A stretch of 64,000 bases of DNA from Terriglobia bacterium (GTDB lineage Bacteria; Acidobacteriota; Polarisedimenticolia; Polarisedimenticolales; JAIQFR01): positions 672,001 to 736,000 of the forward strand of contig CAVVHE010000004.1 of assembly GCA_963748015.1 (NCBI GenBank), given 5' to 3'. Positions 24,701-35,487 of the stretch are shown piece by piece. A model generated the notes under the pieces. It worked only from the letters and a program-made list of their open reading frames with translations. It was not told where the DNA came from and did no database searches. The stretch's first letter is position 1, and each line of letters opens with the position of its first letter. Both the position numbers and the translations under genes were made by a program.

Positions 24701-24940
24701 GCTGGACCGGGAACCGTCTATGACGTCCTGCGGGGCTCGATCACGGAGTTGCCCGTCGGCACTGGAACGTCCGAAGTATGCATCGATGACAATTCGGCCT
24801 CGCCAACATGGTCGGACGGCACTTTGCCCGCGGCGGGAGGCGGTTTCCTTTACCTGGTAAGGGGTGAGAACGTCTGCGGGATCGGCGCCTACGGAACCCA
24901 GAGCTCCGGCGTGGCAAGAACAAGCCCAGCCTGTCCCTGA
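21735..24940 (+). CDS. C25 (gingipain/PorU-like) cysteine peptidase with C25 propeptide and C-terminal CP-ending domain; apparent frameshifts at ~23176 and ~24521
   Basis: Signal peptide; PGAPDLP..ALVAVP propeptide; VKIFVDSDGLYAVT; ADYLIVSH, VVDVQDVYDEFSGG, YLLLVGDA, PDIVVGR, catalytic-like YMGHG and DCING, FFGDP; spans ORFs 21735, 23044 and 24488. Confidence 0.88.
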
Positions 24941-25162
24941 CAGAGAGTCTCGCATGCGCCCCGACGGAAAGGGGCCGCGGGCCCCAACGTCCATCGTGGG
25001 AGCGTGCCTAGAGGCCTCCCGTTCGAGGTCGGGTGGGCGTTCGCGGACCGGGGAGCGACGAAGGGCCCCGAGAGGGCGAATCGGGCTTGCGGGGCGCTCG
25101 ACATGGACGTAATCATTGCGAGTCCGCGTCGGAGCTCGCGCGAGGCGCGAGAGAGGAGATGT

Positions 25163-28100
25163 ATGAGCGATAGGCGCCGTCTGCTTGGGCTCGCGATCAC
25201 CGCTCTCGTTCTGGGCACCGGGGGCGCGTTCGCGGGGGGTGAGGCGCCTGCGCCCCGAACCAAAGCCGAGAGCAAGGCGTCGGCGGCGAAGACCCGCAAG
25301 GCGAAACGCCGTCCCGCTGCCGCGACTCCGGCGGTTCCCACCGGTCTCGCCCCGACCGCGGGGTCGCCCGGCGCGGACTACGGGGTGGACCCGAAGGCCA
25401 CGATCGTTGCGAAGCGCAACGAGCAGGGCGAGACAGTCTACTCGGTCTCCGCCTCGCACTTCGACGTGTCTTCCAAGCTCGGCGACATGGCGTCGGGGGG
25501 CGCGGGGGCGGCGCCCGCCGGAGAGGAAGAAGAGCGGAGCAATCCCCGTCTCCCGGCCTGGCGCTGGCCTCTCTCCGCCACCCCCGACCCGGTCGTCCAG
25601 TCCGACTTCCTCACGGCGGAGGCCGCGGCGAGGCGGCCCGTCGGCCTCTCGGCGCCCGCGACCGGCTTCAGCTTCGCCGGCGTTCCCTACTACGCCGGCT
25701 CCCCGTCCGACAGCAACGGCGCGGTGGGGAACGACCAGTTCGTCGAGGTCGTCAACGTCCGCTACCAGGTATGGTCGCTCGACCGGGCCACCAAGGTCGC
25801 CACGCCGGTGCTCGGTCCCGCGTTCATCAACACGCTCTGGTCCGGGTTCGGCGGCGCCTGCGAGACGCAGAACAGCGGCGATCCGATCGTGCTGTTCGAC
25901 AAGCTCGCCAACCGCTGGCTGATCTCGCAGTTCACCTCGTCCGCGAGCAACGGCAGCTTCTACCAGTGCGTGGCGCTCTCGACGACCGCCGACGCGACCG
26001 GGTCCTACTACCGCTGGGCCTTCGCCGTCCCGCTGGGCCACTTCGGGGACTACCCGCACTTCGGCGCCTGGAGCGACGCCTACTACATGATGGCTCACGC
26101 CTTCGCCTCGACCGCCGGCGGGTACCTCGGCGCGATCTTCGCGGCGCTCGACCGGACGAGGATGCTGGCCGGCGACCCGGGCGCCACGTGGCAGGTGATC
26201 GAGGACCCGGCGGAAGGGGGGCACATGCCCGCGGACCTGGACGGGTTCGCCCCTCCGCCGACCGGCGCGCCGGGGATCTTCCTCTCGCTCCACAACACCG
26301 GGATGATCGTCTACCGCATGAAGGTCGACTTCGCGAACGCCGCGAATACCGTGAGGACGATACAGGCCACCGTTCCGGTCGCGCCCTCGACGGGGGCGTG
26401 CGGCGGGGGAGGCAGCTGTATCCCGCAGCCGGGCACGACCCGGACGCTGGACTCGCTCGCCGACCGGTTGATGTTCCGCGCGGCCTACCGGAACTTCGTG
26501 GATCACGAATCGCTGGTCGTCAGCCACTCCGTCGATCCGTCGGTCCCCGGCGTCGTCTCGGGCGTCCGCTGGTACGACTTCCGGCTCTCGGGAGCGCCGG
26601 ACGCCGCCTGTCCCTCCTACCCCTGCGTCTACCAGCAGGGCACGATCGCGGACGCCGCCAACGGGCGCAGCCGTTGGATGCCGTCCATCGCGATGGATAC
26701 AGCGGAGAGCATCCTGGTCGGATACAGCGCGACGGGGCTGACCAAGGGGACCGACAACCACTCCCTCCGCTACACGGGGCGCGCCAAGAGCGATCCCCCC
26801 GGGACGATGACCGCCCCGGAGGCGATCCTGGCGACCGGGACGGTCAACAACTTCAACAACTCGCGCTGGGGCGACTACGCCAGCATGTCCATCGACCCCT
26901 ACGACGACTGCACGTTCTGGTACGTGGGCCAGTACTACACGACCCCGACGTGGTCGACCCGGGTGGCCTCGGTCTCGTTCCCGAGCGGGAGCGGAGCCGG
27001 GCAATGTCCGGCGACGACCTGCGTCGCGCGGCCGGCGTCGGCGCCGGCGATCGGCGTAGCGACGGCGAGCGGGGACAACCAGGTCTATCTCACGTGGACG
27101 GGCGTCTCGCCGACGCCCGGCGCCTACGCGATCGAGCGTGCGGCCGGCGCGTGCGGCAGCGAAGGGCTGTACCAGCCGGTGGCCGCCGTGCCCGGCTCCG
27201 CCTCCGGCTTCACGGACGTCACCGTGATGGGGGGCCTGACCTACTCGTACCGGGTGATCGCGGCCGCGGACGCGGCTGGCAAGTGCCAGGCGATGGTCGC
27301 GAGCGACTGCGTCAGCGCGACCGCCACCGGCCGCTGCACCCTCAAGCCGGCGTTTTCCGGAGCGACCGTCGCCACCAGCAACGACAGCGCCACGTGCGGC
27401 GTGCGGGTGCAGTGGACGCCCGCCGCGACGAGCTGCCCGCTGACCCCGAACATGCGCTACAACGTGTTCCGCGGGACGGTCCCCGACTTCGTTCCGTCGG
27501 CGTCCAACCGGGTTGCGACCTGCGTTTCCGGGCCGGACTCGTACCTCGACACCGCCGACGTCTCGAGCGGGACCACCTACTACTACGTGGTGCGCGCCGA
27601 GGACGACAGCACCGGCAACGGCGGGGAATGCGGCGGCGGGAACGAGGAATCGAACGGCGCGGTGGTCTCCGCGGCGGCGTACGGCCCCGGCATGCAGGCG
27701 ACGACCGGCACCTGGACGGACGGCGGGGGAGACGGATCCGCCTTCCTGCGCCTCAACCTCCCGGGCCCCGGGAACACGACCAACGCGCCCTGGCGCTTCG
27801 TCACGACCGCCACCGACGCGGGCGCGAACCACACGCCGGCGGGCGCTTACGCCTATCGCAACGCGGGGCCGGCCGAGACCGAGACGTACCTGGCCAACGC
27901 GTGCGCCGAGATGCAGACGCCTCCCGTGGTCGTGGGCGCCGCGGCGGCCAACCTCGAGTACTGGGAACGGCACCAGCTCGAGTACGACTGGGACGGGGTC
28001 GCGGTCGAGTACTCCACGAACGGCGGCTCCTGGGTCGACGTGCCCGCGCCGAGCAACTCGATCGCGGACGGGTGCGCCGCGACGGACGCGACGAGCGACT

Positions 28101-28825
28101 GGGGGACGCTGAGCTGCACCGGGGGGACCCCAGCGAACGCCTGCGGCTACCCCTCCTCGAAGAGCGTGTACACCGGCCCGCGGGGAAGCGGCACCTCCTG
28201 TGCCGATTGGGTCACGAGCGCTTCCGTCACCTCCTACGCCCACCGCTGCCATCGCATCGCCGGCCTCACCCCGGGCGACACGCTCCGGTTCCGGTGGCGG
28301 TTCACGTCCGACCCCGCCGCGCAGTACGCGGGCTTCTACCTCGACGACGTCGCCGTCACCAACGTCCTCCTGCCGAACGGCTGCTCTCCCAATCCCTGCG
28401 GGGGCCTGGTCGACGGTACGCCCTGCGACGACGGCAACCCCTGCACGCAGACCGACACGTGCCAGGCCGCGGTCTGCGCCGGCGGGAATCCGGTGCTCCC
28501 CCCGGCGGATGTGGACGCAGGCGTTCTGGTCGATCGCAGCGGCGGCGATGCCGTTCTCTCGTGGACCCTCGCGGCCGGGGCCACGGCATCCGACGTTCTC
28601 CGCGGAGACCTCGCCGCGCTGCCGGTGGGTCCCGGCGGCGGCGACGAGGTTTGCCTCGGGAGCACGGCCGGGACGACCCTCACCGACGCGTACGTTCCCG
28701 CCGAGCAGTCGGGTGTCTGGTACCTCGTGCGCGGGACCAACGCCTGTGCGGGGGCGGGGCTCTACGGGTCCGCCGAGCAGAACGGCGTGCCGGCGACCCC
28801 GCGGCTGAGCACGACCTGCCCGTAG
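25163..28825 (+). CDS. Large secreted Cys-rich protein with FN3-like domains and C-terminal CP-ending domain
   Basis: AGGAG RBS, signal peptide; PSDSNGAVG/GDPIVLFD/RWGDY N-terminal domain; YYYVVRAED FN3 motifs; CDDGNPCT repeat; WYLVRGTNAC...TCP*. Confidence 0.85.
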   Translation: MSDRRRLLGLAITALVLGTGGAFAGGEAPAPRTKAESKASAAKTRKAKRRPAAATPAVPTGLAPTAGSPGADYGVDPKATIVAKRNEQGETVYSVSASHFDVSSKLGDMASGGAGAAPAGEEEERSNPRLPAWRWPLSATPDPVVQSDFLTAEAAARRPVGLSAPATGFSFAGVPYYAGSPSDSNGAVGNDQFVEVVNVRYQVWSLDRATKVATPVLGPAFINTLWSGFGGACETQNSGDPIVLFDKLANRWLISQFTSSASNGSFYQCVALSTTADATGSYYRWAFAVPLGHFGDYPHFGAWSDAYYMMAHAFASTAGGYLGAIFAALDRTRMLAGDPGATWQVIEDPAEGGHMPADLDGFAPPPTGAPGIFLSLHNTGMIVYRMKVDFANAANTVRTIQATVPVAPSTGACGGGGSCIPQPGTTRTLDSLADRLMFRAAYRNFVDHESLVVSHSVDPSVPGVVSGVRWYDFRLSGAPDAACPSYPCVYQQGTIADAANGRSRWMPSIAMDTAESILVGYSATGLTKGTDNHSLRYTGRAKSDPPGTMTAPEAILATGTVNNFNNSRWGDYASMSIDPYDDCTFWYVGQYYTTPTWSTRVASVSFPSGSGAGQCPATTCVARPASAPAIGVATASGDNQVYLTWTGVSPTPGAYAIERAAGACGSEGLYQPVAAVPGSASGFTDVTVMGGLTYSYRVIAAADAAGKCQAMVASDCVSATATGRCTLKPAFSGATVATSNDSATCGVRVQWTPAATSCPLTPNMRYNVFRGTVPDFVPSASNRVATCVSGPDSYLDTADVSSGTTYYYVVRAEDDSTGNGGECGGGNEESNGAVVSAAAYGPGMQATTGTWTDGGGDGSAFLRLNLPGPGNTTNAPWRFVTTATDAGANHTPAGAYAYRNAGPAETETYLANACAEMQTPPVVVGAAAANLEYWERHQLEYDWDGVAVEYSTNGGSWVDVPAPSNSIADGCAATDATSDWGTLSCTGGTPANACGYPSSKSVYTGPRGSGTSCADWVTSASVTSYAHRCHRIAGLTPGDTLRFRWRFTSDPAAQYAGFYLDDVAVTNVLLPNGCSPNPCGGLVDGTPCDDGNPCTQTDTCQAAVCAGGNPVLPPADVDAGVLVDRSGGDAVLSWTLAAGATASDVLRGDLAALPVGPGGGDEVCLGSTAGTTLTDAYVPAEQSGVWYLVRGTNACAGAGLYGSAEQNGVPATPRLSTTCP

Positions 28826-28930
28826 CCGCCGGGGACGTCGGCGCGGAAGTCGTGTGAACCGCCGTTCACGCGGCAGTGAACCGAGGTTCACACCTGGGAG
28901 GCATAGCGGCGAAAACCCGCCTCTTCTCGT

Positions 28931-28946
28931 TGGCTCGAAACCTGCT
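28931..28946 (+). promoter_or_regulatory. Putative sigma54 promoter
   Basis: TGGCTCGAAACCTGCT = GG-N10-GC, ~43 nt before the next start codon. Confidence 0.45.
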
Positions 28947-28988
28947 CAAGTATCGAGTCGGGATGCGAACGCGGAAAGGAGGCGGGCC

Positions 28989-29504
28989 ATGAAGAAGAGA
29001 GTTCAATCGGCGTTGCGGAGAGCGGTGCGAATCGGGGCGCCGGCCGCCCTGGCCATGGCCGCCCTGATCGTGGGCGCAGACGCGCGGGCGGTCGTGCCGA
29101 CCCACTGCGTGTCGGTGGACGTCCCGGCGCCCGTGACCCTCCCGGACGGGTCGATCCAGCCGGCCGGGGAGCTGAGACTGTGTCTGGCTCGGAACTACAA
29201 CCCGGTCACGGGCCTCCACAGGATCTACGTCGATCGCATGCCCGTGATGATGCTCCTCAGCCGGGCCTCGAATGCCGAGTCGCCCGACGACTCGCAGCCG
29301 ACGGTCCTCTTCTACGGGAACCTCCAGAAAGGCCTCCGGCTGGTGGGATACAACGTCGCCGCGAACGGGAAGGTGTTCTCGTACCTGCTGTCGCACGCTC
29401 CCGCCGCACAGGGCGTCGATGTGGCCGCCGGCCCGACCGGGTTGGTCGGTGCGTCCCCGATGAGCGGTTCCGAAAGCGTTCTCTTGGCCGCGCGGTTGGA
29501 ATAG
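28989..29504 (+). CDS. Secreted hypothetical protein
   Basis: AAGGAGG RBS; signal peptide ending ARA; VDVPAPVTLPDG..PAG motif. Confidence 0.7.
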   Translation: MKKRVQSALRRAVRIGAPAALAMAALIVGADARAVVPTHCVSVDVPAPVTLPDGSIQPAGELRLCLARNYNPVTGLHRIYVDRMPVMMLLSRASNAESPDDSQPTVLFYGNLQKGLRLVGYNVAANGKVFSYLLSHAPAAQGVDVAAGPTGLVGASPMSGSESVLLAARLE

Positions 29505-29902
29505 GCCGCCGCCTACTCCCCCCGTCCAACCCGGGTCGGGAGGACCATCGACGGGGCCGCAGACCGAGGCGCCGCGACACCTTGTGGAGGATTCGCGGCG
29601 CCAAGTCTGCGGCCCGTGCCGTTTCTCCGGCATCCTCCCGAAGCCTGAAGCCTGTCGATGCATCGCAAGGCCAGAGGACACCTGGCCCGCTCTCCACACC
29701 CCATTCCTGCAGCCGCCGCGGAGCCGGCCCAACCGAGAAACGCCGGCTCGTCGATCCCGCATCTTCGTTGACACTTACGGGCACGATTCACTACTCTGGT
29801 GATTCCCCCGGGCCCCGGATTGCGCGCGGAAGTCCCGCCCGGGTCACCCGCCGTTCGCCGGCATCGTGGGCGGACGGGACGATGCAGAGGCGGCCCAGCC
29901 CG

Positions 29903-31819
<1,917 letters not shown>

Positions 31820-32158
31820 CACGGGGAGCCCGGCCCCGTTCCAGCACAGGCCGTCGTTTCCGAGCACCTCATCCGCGTTGTCCGCAAGAAACTTACGCGC
31901 TCCGCATCTTGAGCTCGAGCGTTGGCTCCTCAGGCATGGACGTCACGCCGCTCACGAACAAGACGCCCCGGAGTGCGGCGTGGCGGTAACTCTTCGCGCA
32001 TCGACGTTCTTCGGCGCGTAAGAATAGCTCCCATGCACGTAATACCGGCGCGTTCTATCCGTGCCACATAGGTCTCGCGCACGCGTCAATTTTGCCGGGC
32101 TCCGTGCGGCTCACGGATTGAGGGGCAATTCCCTCTCCAAGCAAACCACCTGATCGAG

Positions 32159-32174
32159 TGGCACGAAAACGGCA
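32159..32174 (+). promoter_or_regulatory. Putative sigma54 promoter
   Basis: TGGCACGAAAACGGCA = GG-N10-GC with a consensus -24 element, ~48 nt before GTG at 32222. Confidence 0.5.
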
Positions 32175-32221
32175 CTTCCCTTCCCCGATCGTATCCAGGA
32201 AGTTCTTGCGAGGAGAAGGTA

Positions 32222-32800
32222 GTGTCGCCCAGGACCTCGAGTCGGATCGCTTGCGTCTTCGTCGTCGCCTGCCTACTCGGAGTCTCCTCGGCGCGCGCCG
32301 GGGGCTTTGCGCTCGCGTGGGACGCCTCGGCGGGGGCCGTCGGCTACAAGGTCTACTGGGGGACGGCCGCCGGCCAGTACACCGCCAGCCGCGACGTGGG
32401 CAACGTGCTCCGATTCGGCCTCGACGGTTTCGGCGATTGCACGGCCCGGTTCTTTGCGGTGTCCGCGTACGACGCCGCGGGAGAGACGGGTTACTCCGAC
32501 GCTGTGAGTTGGCCGGGGCCAGTGGTGTTCGGCGAGGAGATTCATGCCGCGACGCGCGACACGTTCGGTTGGGTGACGGCGGCGGACGTGACGTTCGTGA
32601 GGGGCGAGCTGTCGACGGTCGGAGACTATGGAATCAACGATTCAGGGTCTCTCTCCGGTGCCACATCGCTGACCGATGCCGTCTTGCCGTCCGAGGGTAA
32701 GGGCTTCTACTACCTCCTTCGATTCGCCGGCTCCTGCGGCGTGGGAAGTTGGCAGAGCGTGCTCGGAGCCGAACCCGCAAGGGACGAATCGCTACCGTAG
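32222..32800 (+). CDS. Small secreted protein: one FN3 domain plus a divergent copy of the shared C-terminal domain
   Basis: AGGAG RBS; signal peptide ending ARA; LAWD...GYKVYWGT...FAVSAYD; VRGEL...GFYYLLR..SCGVG. Confidence 0.72.
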   Translation: MSPRTSSRIACVFVVACLLGVSSARAGGFALAWDASAGAVGYKVYWGTAAGQYTASRDVGNVLRFGLDGFGDCTARFFAVSAYDAAGETGYSDAVSWPGPVVFGEEIHAATRDTFGWVTAADVTFVRGELSTVGDYGINDSGSLSGATSLTDAVLPSEGKGFYYLLRFAGSCGVGSWQSVLGAEPARDESLP

Positions 32801-32864
32801 TTGTGCGCCCCCGGAACCTTCGGAGGCAGCCTGTCGTACATCTAGTGTGGGGAGGGAAGAGCCC

Positions 32865-33113
32865 ATGAGAAACGACATCAAGAGGCTGTACCGATCTCCC
32901 GAGGAGGGGCAGATCGCGGGCCTTTGCGCCGGCCTCGGCGACTTCTTTCGGGTCGATCCGGTCTTCTTTCGACTCGCCTGGGTGGCCATCACGATCATGA
33001 CGGGAATCCTGCCCGGCACGCTCGCCTATCTGATCGCGTGGTTCCTGGTGCCCCGGGAGCCGCTGTCCCGCGCGGCCGAACAGGTCGAGAACCTGAATCA
33101 GACCCGGGCGTAG
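32865..33113 (+). CDS. PspC domain protein
   Basis: KRLYRS...IAGLCAGLGDFF.VDP...RL..V...YLIAW...P. Confidence 0.88.
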   Translation: MRNDIKRLYRSPEEGQIAGLCAGLGDFFRVDPVFFRLAWVAITIMTGILPGTLAYLIAWFLVPREPLSRAAEQVENLNQTRA

Positions 33114-33127
33114 CACGCGAGGGAGAA

Positions 33128-33730
33128 TTGGCAACCGACATCGAGGCAGTCATCCGAAACATCGGGTCGTGCTTCGACTTCACCGGGAAATCGGTGATCC
33201 ACGTGGGTGCCGGCGGGGGACAGTTTATCGGCTACGCCGGCAGGGCGCGCGAGGTGCTCGGAGTCGACCCTGATCCGTCGGCGGTGGAGCGGCTGAAGCA
33301 AGCGGTTCGCGAGAAGGGCCTGGAGGAACGCTTCACCGTCGTGCAGGGGGACTTCCTTGACGTGTCGGCTCGCGCGGACGTCGTGTTCTTCGAGTTCTGC
33401 CTCCACGAGATCGCCGATCCGCGCGCGGCGCTGCGTCACGCCGGCACCCTGGCGCCCGAGACCCTCATCGTCGACCCGGCGCCGGGATCCTCGTGGTCCT
33501 GGTACCTTTGCGAGGAGGAGAAGGTGCCGCGCGGCTGGGCGGCCGCCGAGGAATTCCGGCTCGCCCTGGACCGGAGATTCGAGGGCACCCAGCGCTTCCG
33601 CGATCACGCGGAGTTGGTGGCCAAGGTGCGGGTGCAGGGTGATGGGGCGATAGAGCGCGTCCAGGAGTTCGCCGCGCGCACCGACTTCACCATCGACATG
33701 CCGTACCGCGTGGCGCTGCTGGTGGGATAG
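33128..33730 (+). CDS. Class I SAM-dependent methyltransferase
   Basis: VIHVGAGGG motif I, GVD, QGDF, DVVFFEFCLHE; TTG start after GGAG. Confidence 0.75.
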   Translation: MATDIEAVIRNIGSCFDFTGKSVIHVGAGGGQFIGYAGRAREVLGVDPDPSAVERLKQAVREKGLEERFTVVQGDFLDVSARADVVFFEFCLHEIADPRAALRHAGTLAPETLIVDPAPGSSWSWYLCEEEKVPRGWAAAEEFRLALDRRFEGTQRFRDHAELVAKVRVQGDGAIERVQEFAARTDFTIDMPYRVALLVG

Positions 33731-33753
33731 AGGCGCGCGACGCTCGCGGCTGC

Positions 33754-34704
33754 CTAGTCCCTCCCGTAGTGCAGGATCGTGCCCGCCCCGCCGACGACGA
33801 ACACGTCGTCCGGCGAGAAGCCCCACACGCCGTTGAGGCTCTGGCCGGTTCCGGAGGACATCGGCGCCCACGCCTTGCCGTCGTAGTGCAGGAGGACGCC
33901 GTCGAACCCGACGGCGAACACGTCGGTGGGCCCGCTCCCCCACATCCTCGTCAGCAATCCGAGCTTGTCCGGCGCGACCGTCGCGCCGGCGGGCATCGGA
34001 GTCCACGTGTTGCCGTCGTAGTGCACGAGCGTGAGTCCCACGCCGCACGCGAACACGTCCCGCGCGGACGTTCCCCACACCCCCGCGAGGAACGCGGACG
34101 GCCCCATCGGCATCGGCGTCCACGAGCGGCCGTCGAAGTGCAGTACCGCGCCCCGCCCGGGCAGAGGCATGGGCTCTCCCCCGACCGCCAGGATGTGGCT
34201 CGACGACGTCCCCCAGATACCGTACAGGTCCGAGGTGGTGCCCGCCTGAATCGGTTTCCACGCCACGCCGTCGTAGTGCAGCAGCGTACCGCCGTAGCCC
34301 GCGATGAAGACGTCGCGTCCCGAGGTCCCCCAGATGCCGATCAAGTTCTGGGTCGTGCCGCTCGGCATGGCGGTCCACGCGTGCCCGTCGTAGTGGAAGA
34401 TCACGCCGCCGTCGCCGGCGGCGAAGACGTCACGGCCGGACGCGCCCCAGACCGCGACGAGGTGAGGCGCGCCGTCGACCGTCATGGGTGTCCAGTTCCG
34501 GCCGTCGAAGTGCAGGACGGTTCCCTTGCTCCCCACGGCGAACAGATCCTGCCGCGATGCACCCCAGATCCCGATGAGGCTCGCGGTCGTGCCGCTCGAC
34601 ATGGGGGACCAGGCGGGGGCCCGTTGGGGAGGGGACGGGGGCCGGCAGAAGGGGAAAAGGAGGATCCCGAGCAGTGCGGGGAGGGCTGCCGAGCGTCCGG
34701 TCAT
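33754..34704 (-). CDS. Secreted beta-propeller-like repeat protein
   Basis: About 7 repeats of L.G[IV]WG.S..DVFA.G..G..LH[YF]DG..W..M; N-terminal hydrophobic leader. Confidence 0.85.
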   Translation of the reverse strand: MTGRSAALPALLGILLFPFCRPPSPPQRAPAWSPMSSGTTASLIGIWGASRQDLFAVGSKGTVLHFDGRNWTPMTVDGAPHLVAVWGASGRDVFAAGDGGVIFHYDGHAWTAMPSGTTQNLIGIWGTSGRDVFIAGYGGTLLHYDGVAWKPIQAGTTSDLYGIWGTSSSHILAVGGEPMPLPGRGAVLHFDGRSWTPMPMGPSAFLAGVWGTSARDVFACGVGLTLVHYDGNTWTPMPAGATVAPDKLGLLTRMWGSGPTDVFAVGFDGVLLHYDGKAWAPMSSGTGQSLNGVWGFSPDDVFVVGGAGTILHYGRD

Positions 34705-35013
34705 GGTGTCCTCCACGAGCGCGGCGGTGGGGGCGGCGATGTCGAAGACCCAGCAAACGAGGTTACCCCGATGATGGGGATACGACCAGCCCGGCCGAGC
34801 ATACCCGACCGGGAGAAGCAGTGGAACCATCGACGAAAGAGCGGTCGTCTGGGAACCCTCGGCGGTGTGCTGCGATTGGAATTCGCACATGGAATTCGTC
34901 TTGTCTTGGGGGGGCTACTGCGGTATATCCGCACGCGATACCAAAACTCGTGTCACCGACCGATCACCGCTACGGGGGAGATCCGCGCCTTCGAGCACGC
35001 AGAGGAGGGTACC

Positions 35014-35484
35014 GTGACGAGACCGACAACCTGGAAGCTCGCCGTTGCGCTGGTGGCGTTTTCGACGATAGGTGTGGCGGTGGCGCAGACCGCTACGTCG
35101 CCCCAGAGCGAGCCGAAGCGCAAGGTTCAGCAGACGGAGGCCTCGTCGCCCGGCGGGGCTGCCCAGCAGGTTGCCGCGGATCCCGCGAGCGGGGAGCCTG
35201 GCGCGCCGACCGCCGAGCAGATCGGGGCGATCGAGAGGGCGGTGGCCGCGATGCTGAGCCAGTCCAGCGAGGGGCTCGAGGTGGTCGAGCTGCCCGACGG
35301 CACGCTGACCATGGACCTCGAGGGTCGGTTCCAGGAGGTCATCGTCGCCACGATAGCCCCCGACGGCACCGTGCGAGTGGGGTGCGTGAACCGGCCGGGG
35401 CAGGTCCAGGCCGCGCTCGCTCCGAAAGCGCGCGGCAGTGCGAAAAAGCCCGCCGCCGCGGCCACGCCGCTGGAGGTCGAGTAG
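35014..35484 (+). CDS. Secreted small protein (post-PEP-CTERM-1-like domain), possible partner of the downstream protease
   Basis: GAGGAG RBS; signal peptide ending AVA; SSEGL...LPDG...DLEGRFQ....A...PDG. Confidence 0.7.
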   Translation: MTRPTTWKLAVALVAFSTIGVAVAQTATSPQSEPKRKVQQTEASSPGGAAQQVAADPASGEPGAPTAEQIGAIERAVAAMLSQSSEGLEVVELPDGTLTMDLEGRFQEVIVATIAPDGTVRVGCVNRPGQVQAALAPKARGSAKKPAAAATPLEVE

Positions 35485-35487
35485 CCC

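Noticed and set aside
24269..28891. 1540-aa minus-strand ORF and many similar long antisense or alternative-frame ORFs
   Set aside because: Shadow ORFs of high-GC genes: Arg/Gly/Pro-rich, no motifs, and fully overlapping better-supported CDSs.
33760..34600. ~120-bp periodic repeats
   Set aside because: Explained by protein beta-propeller blades.
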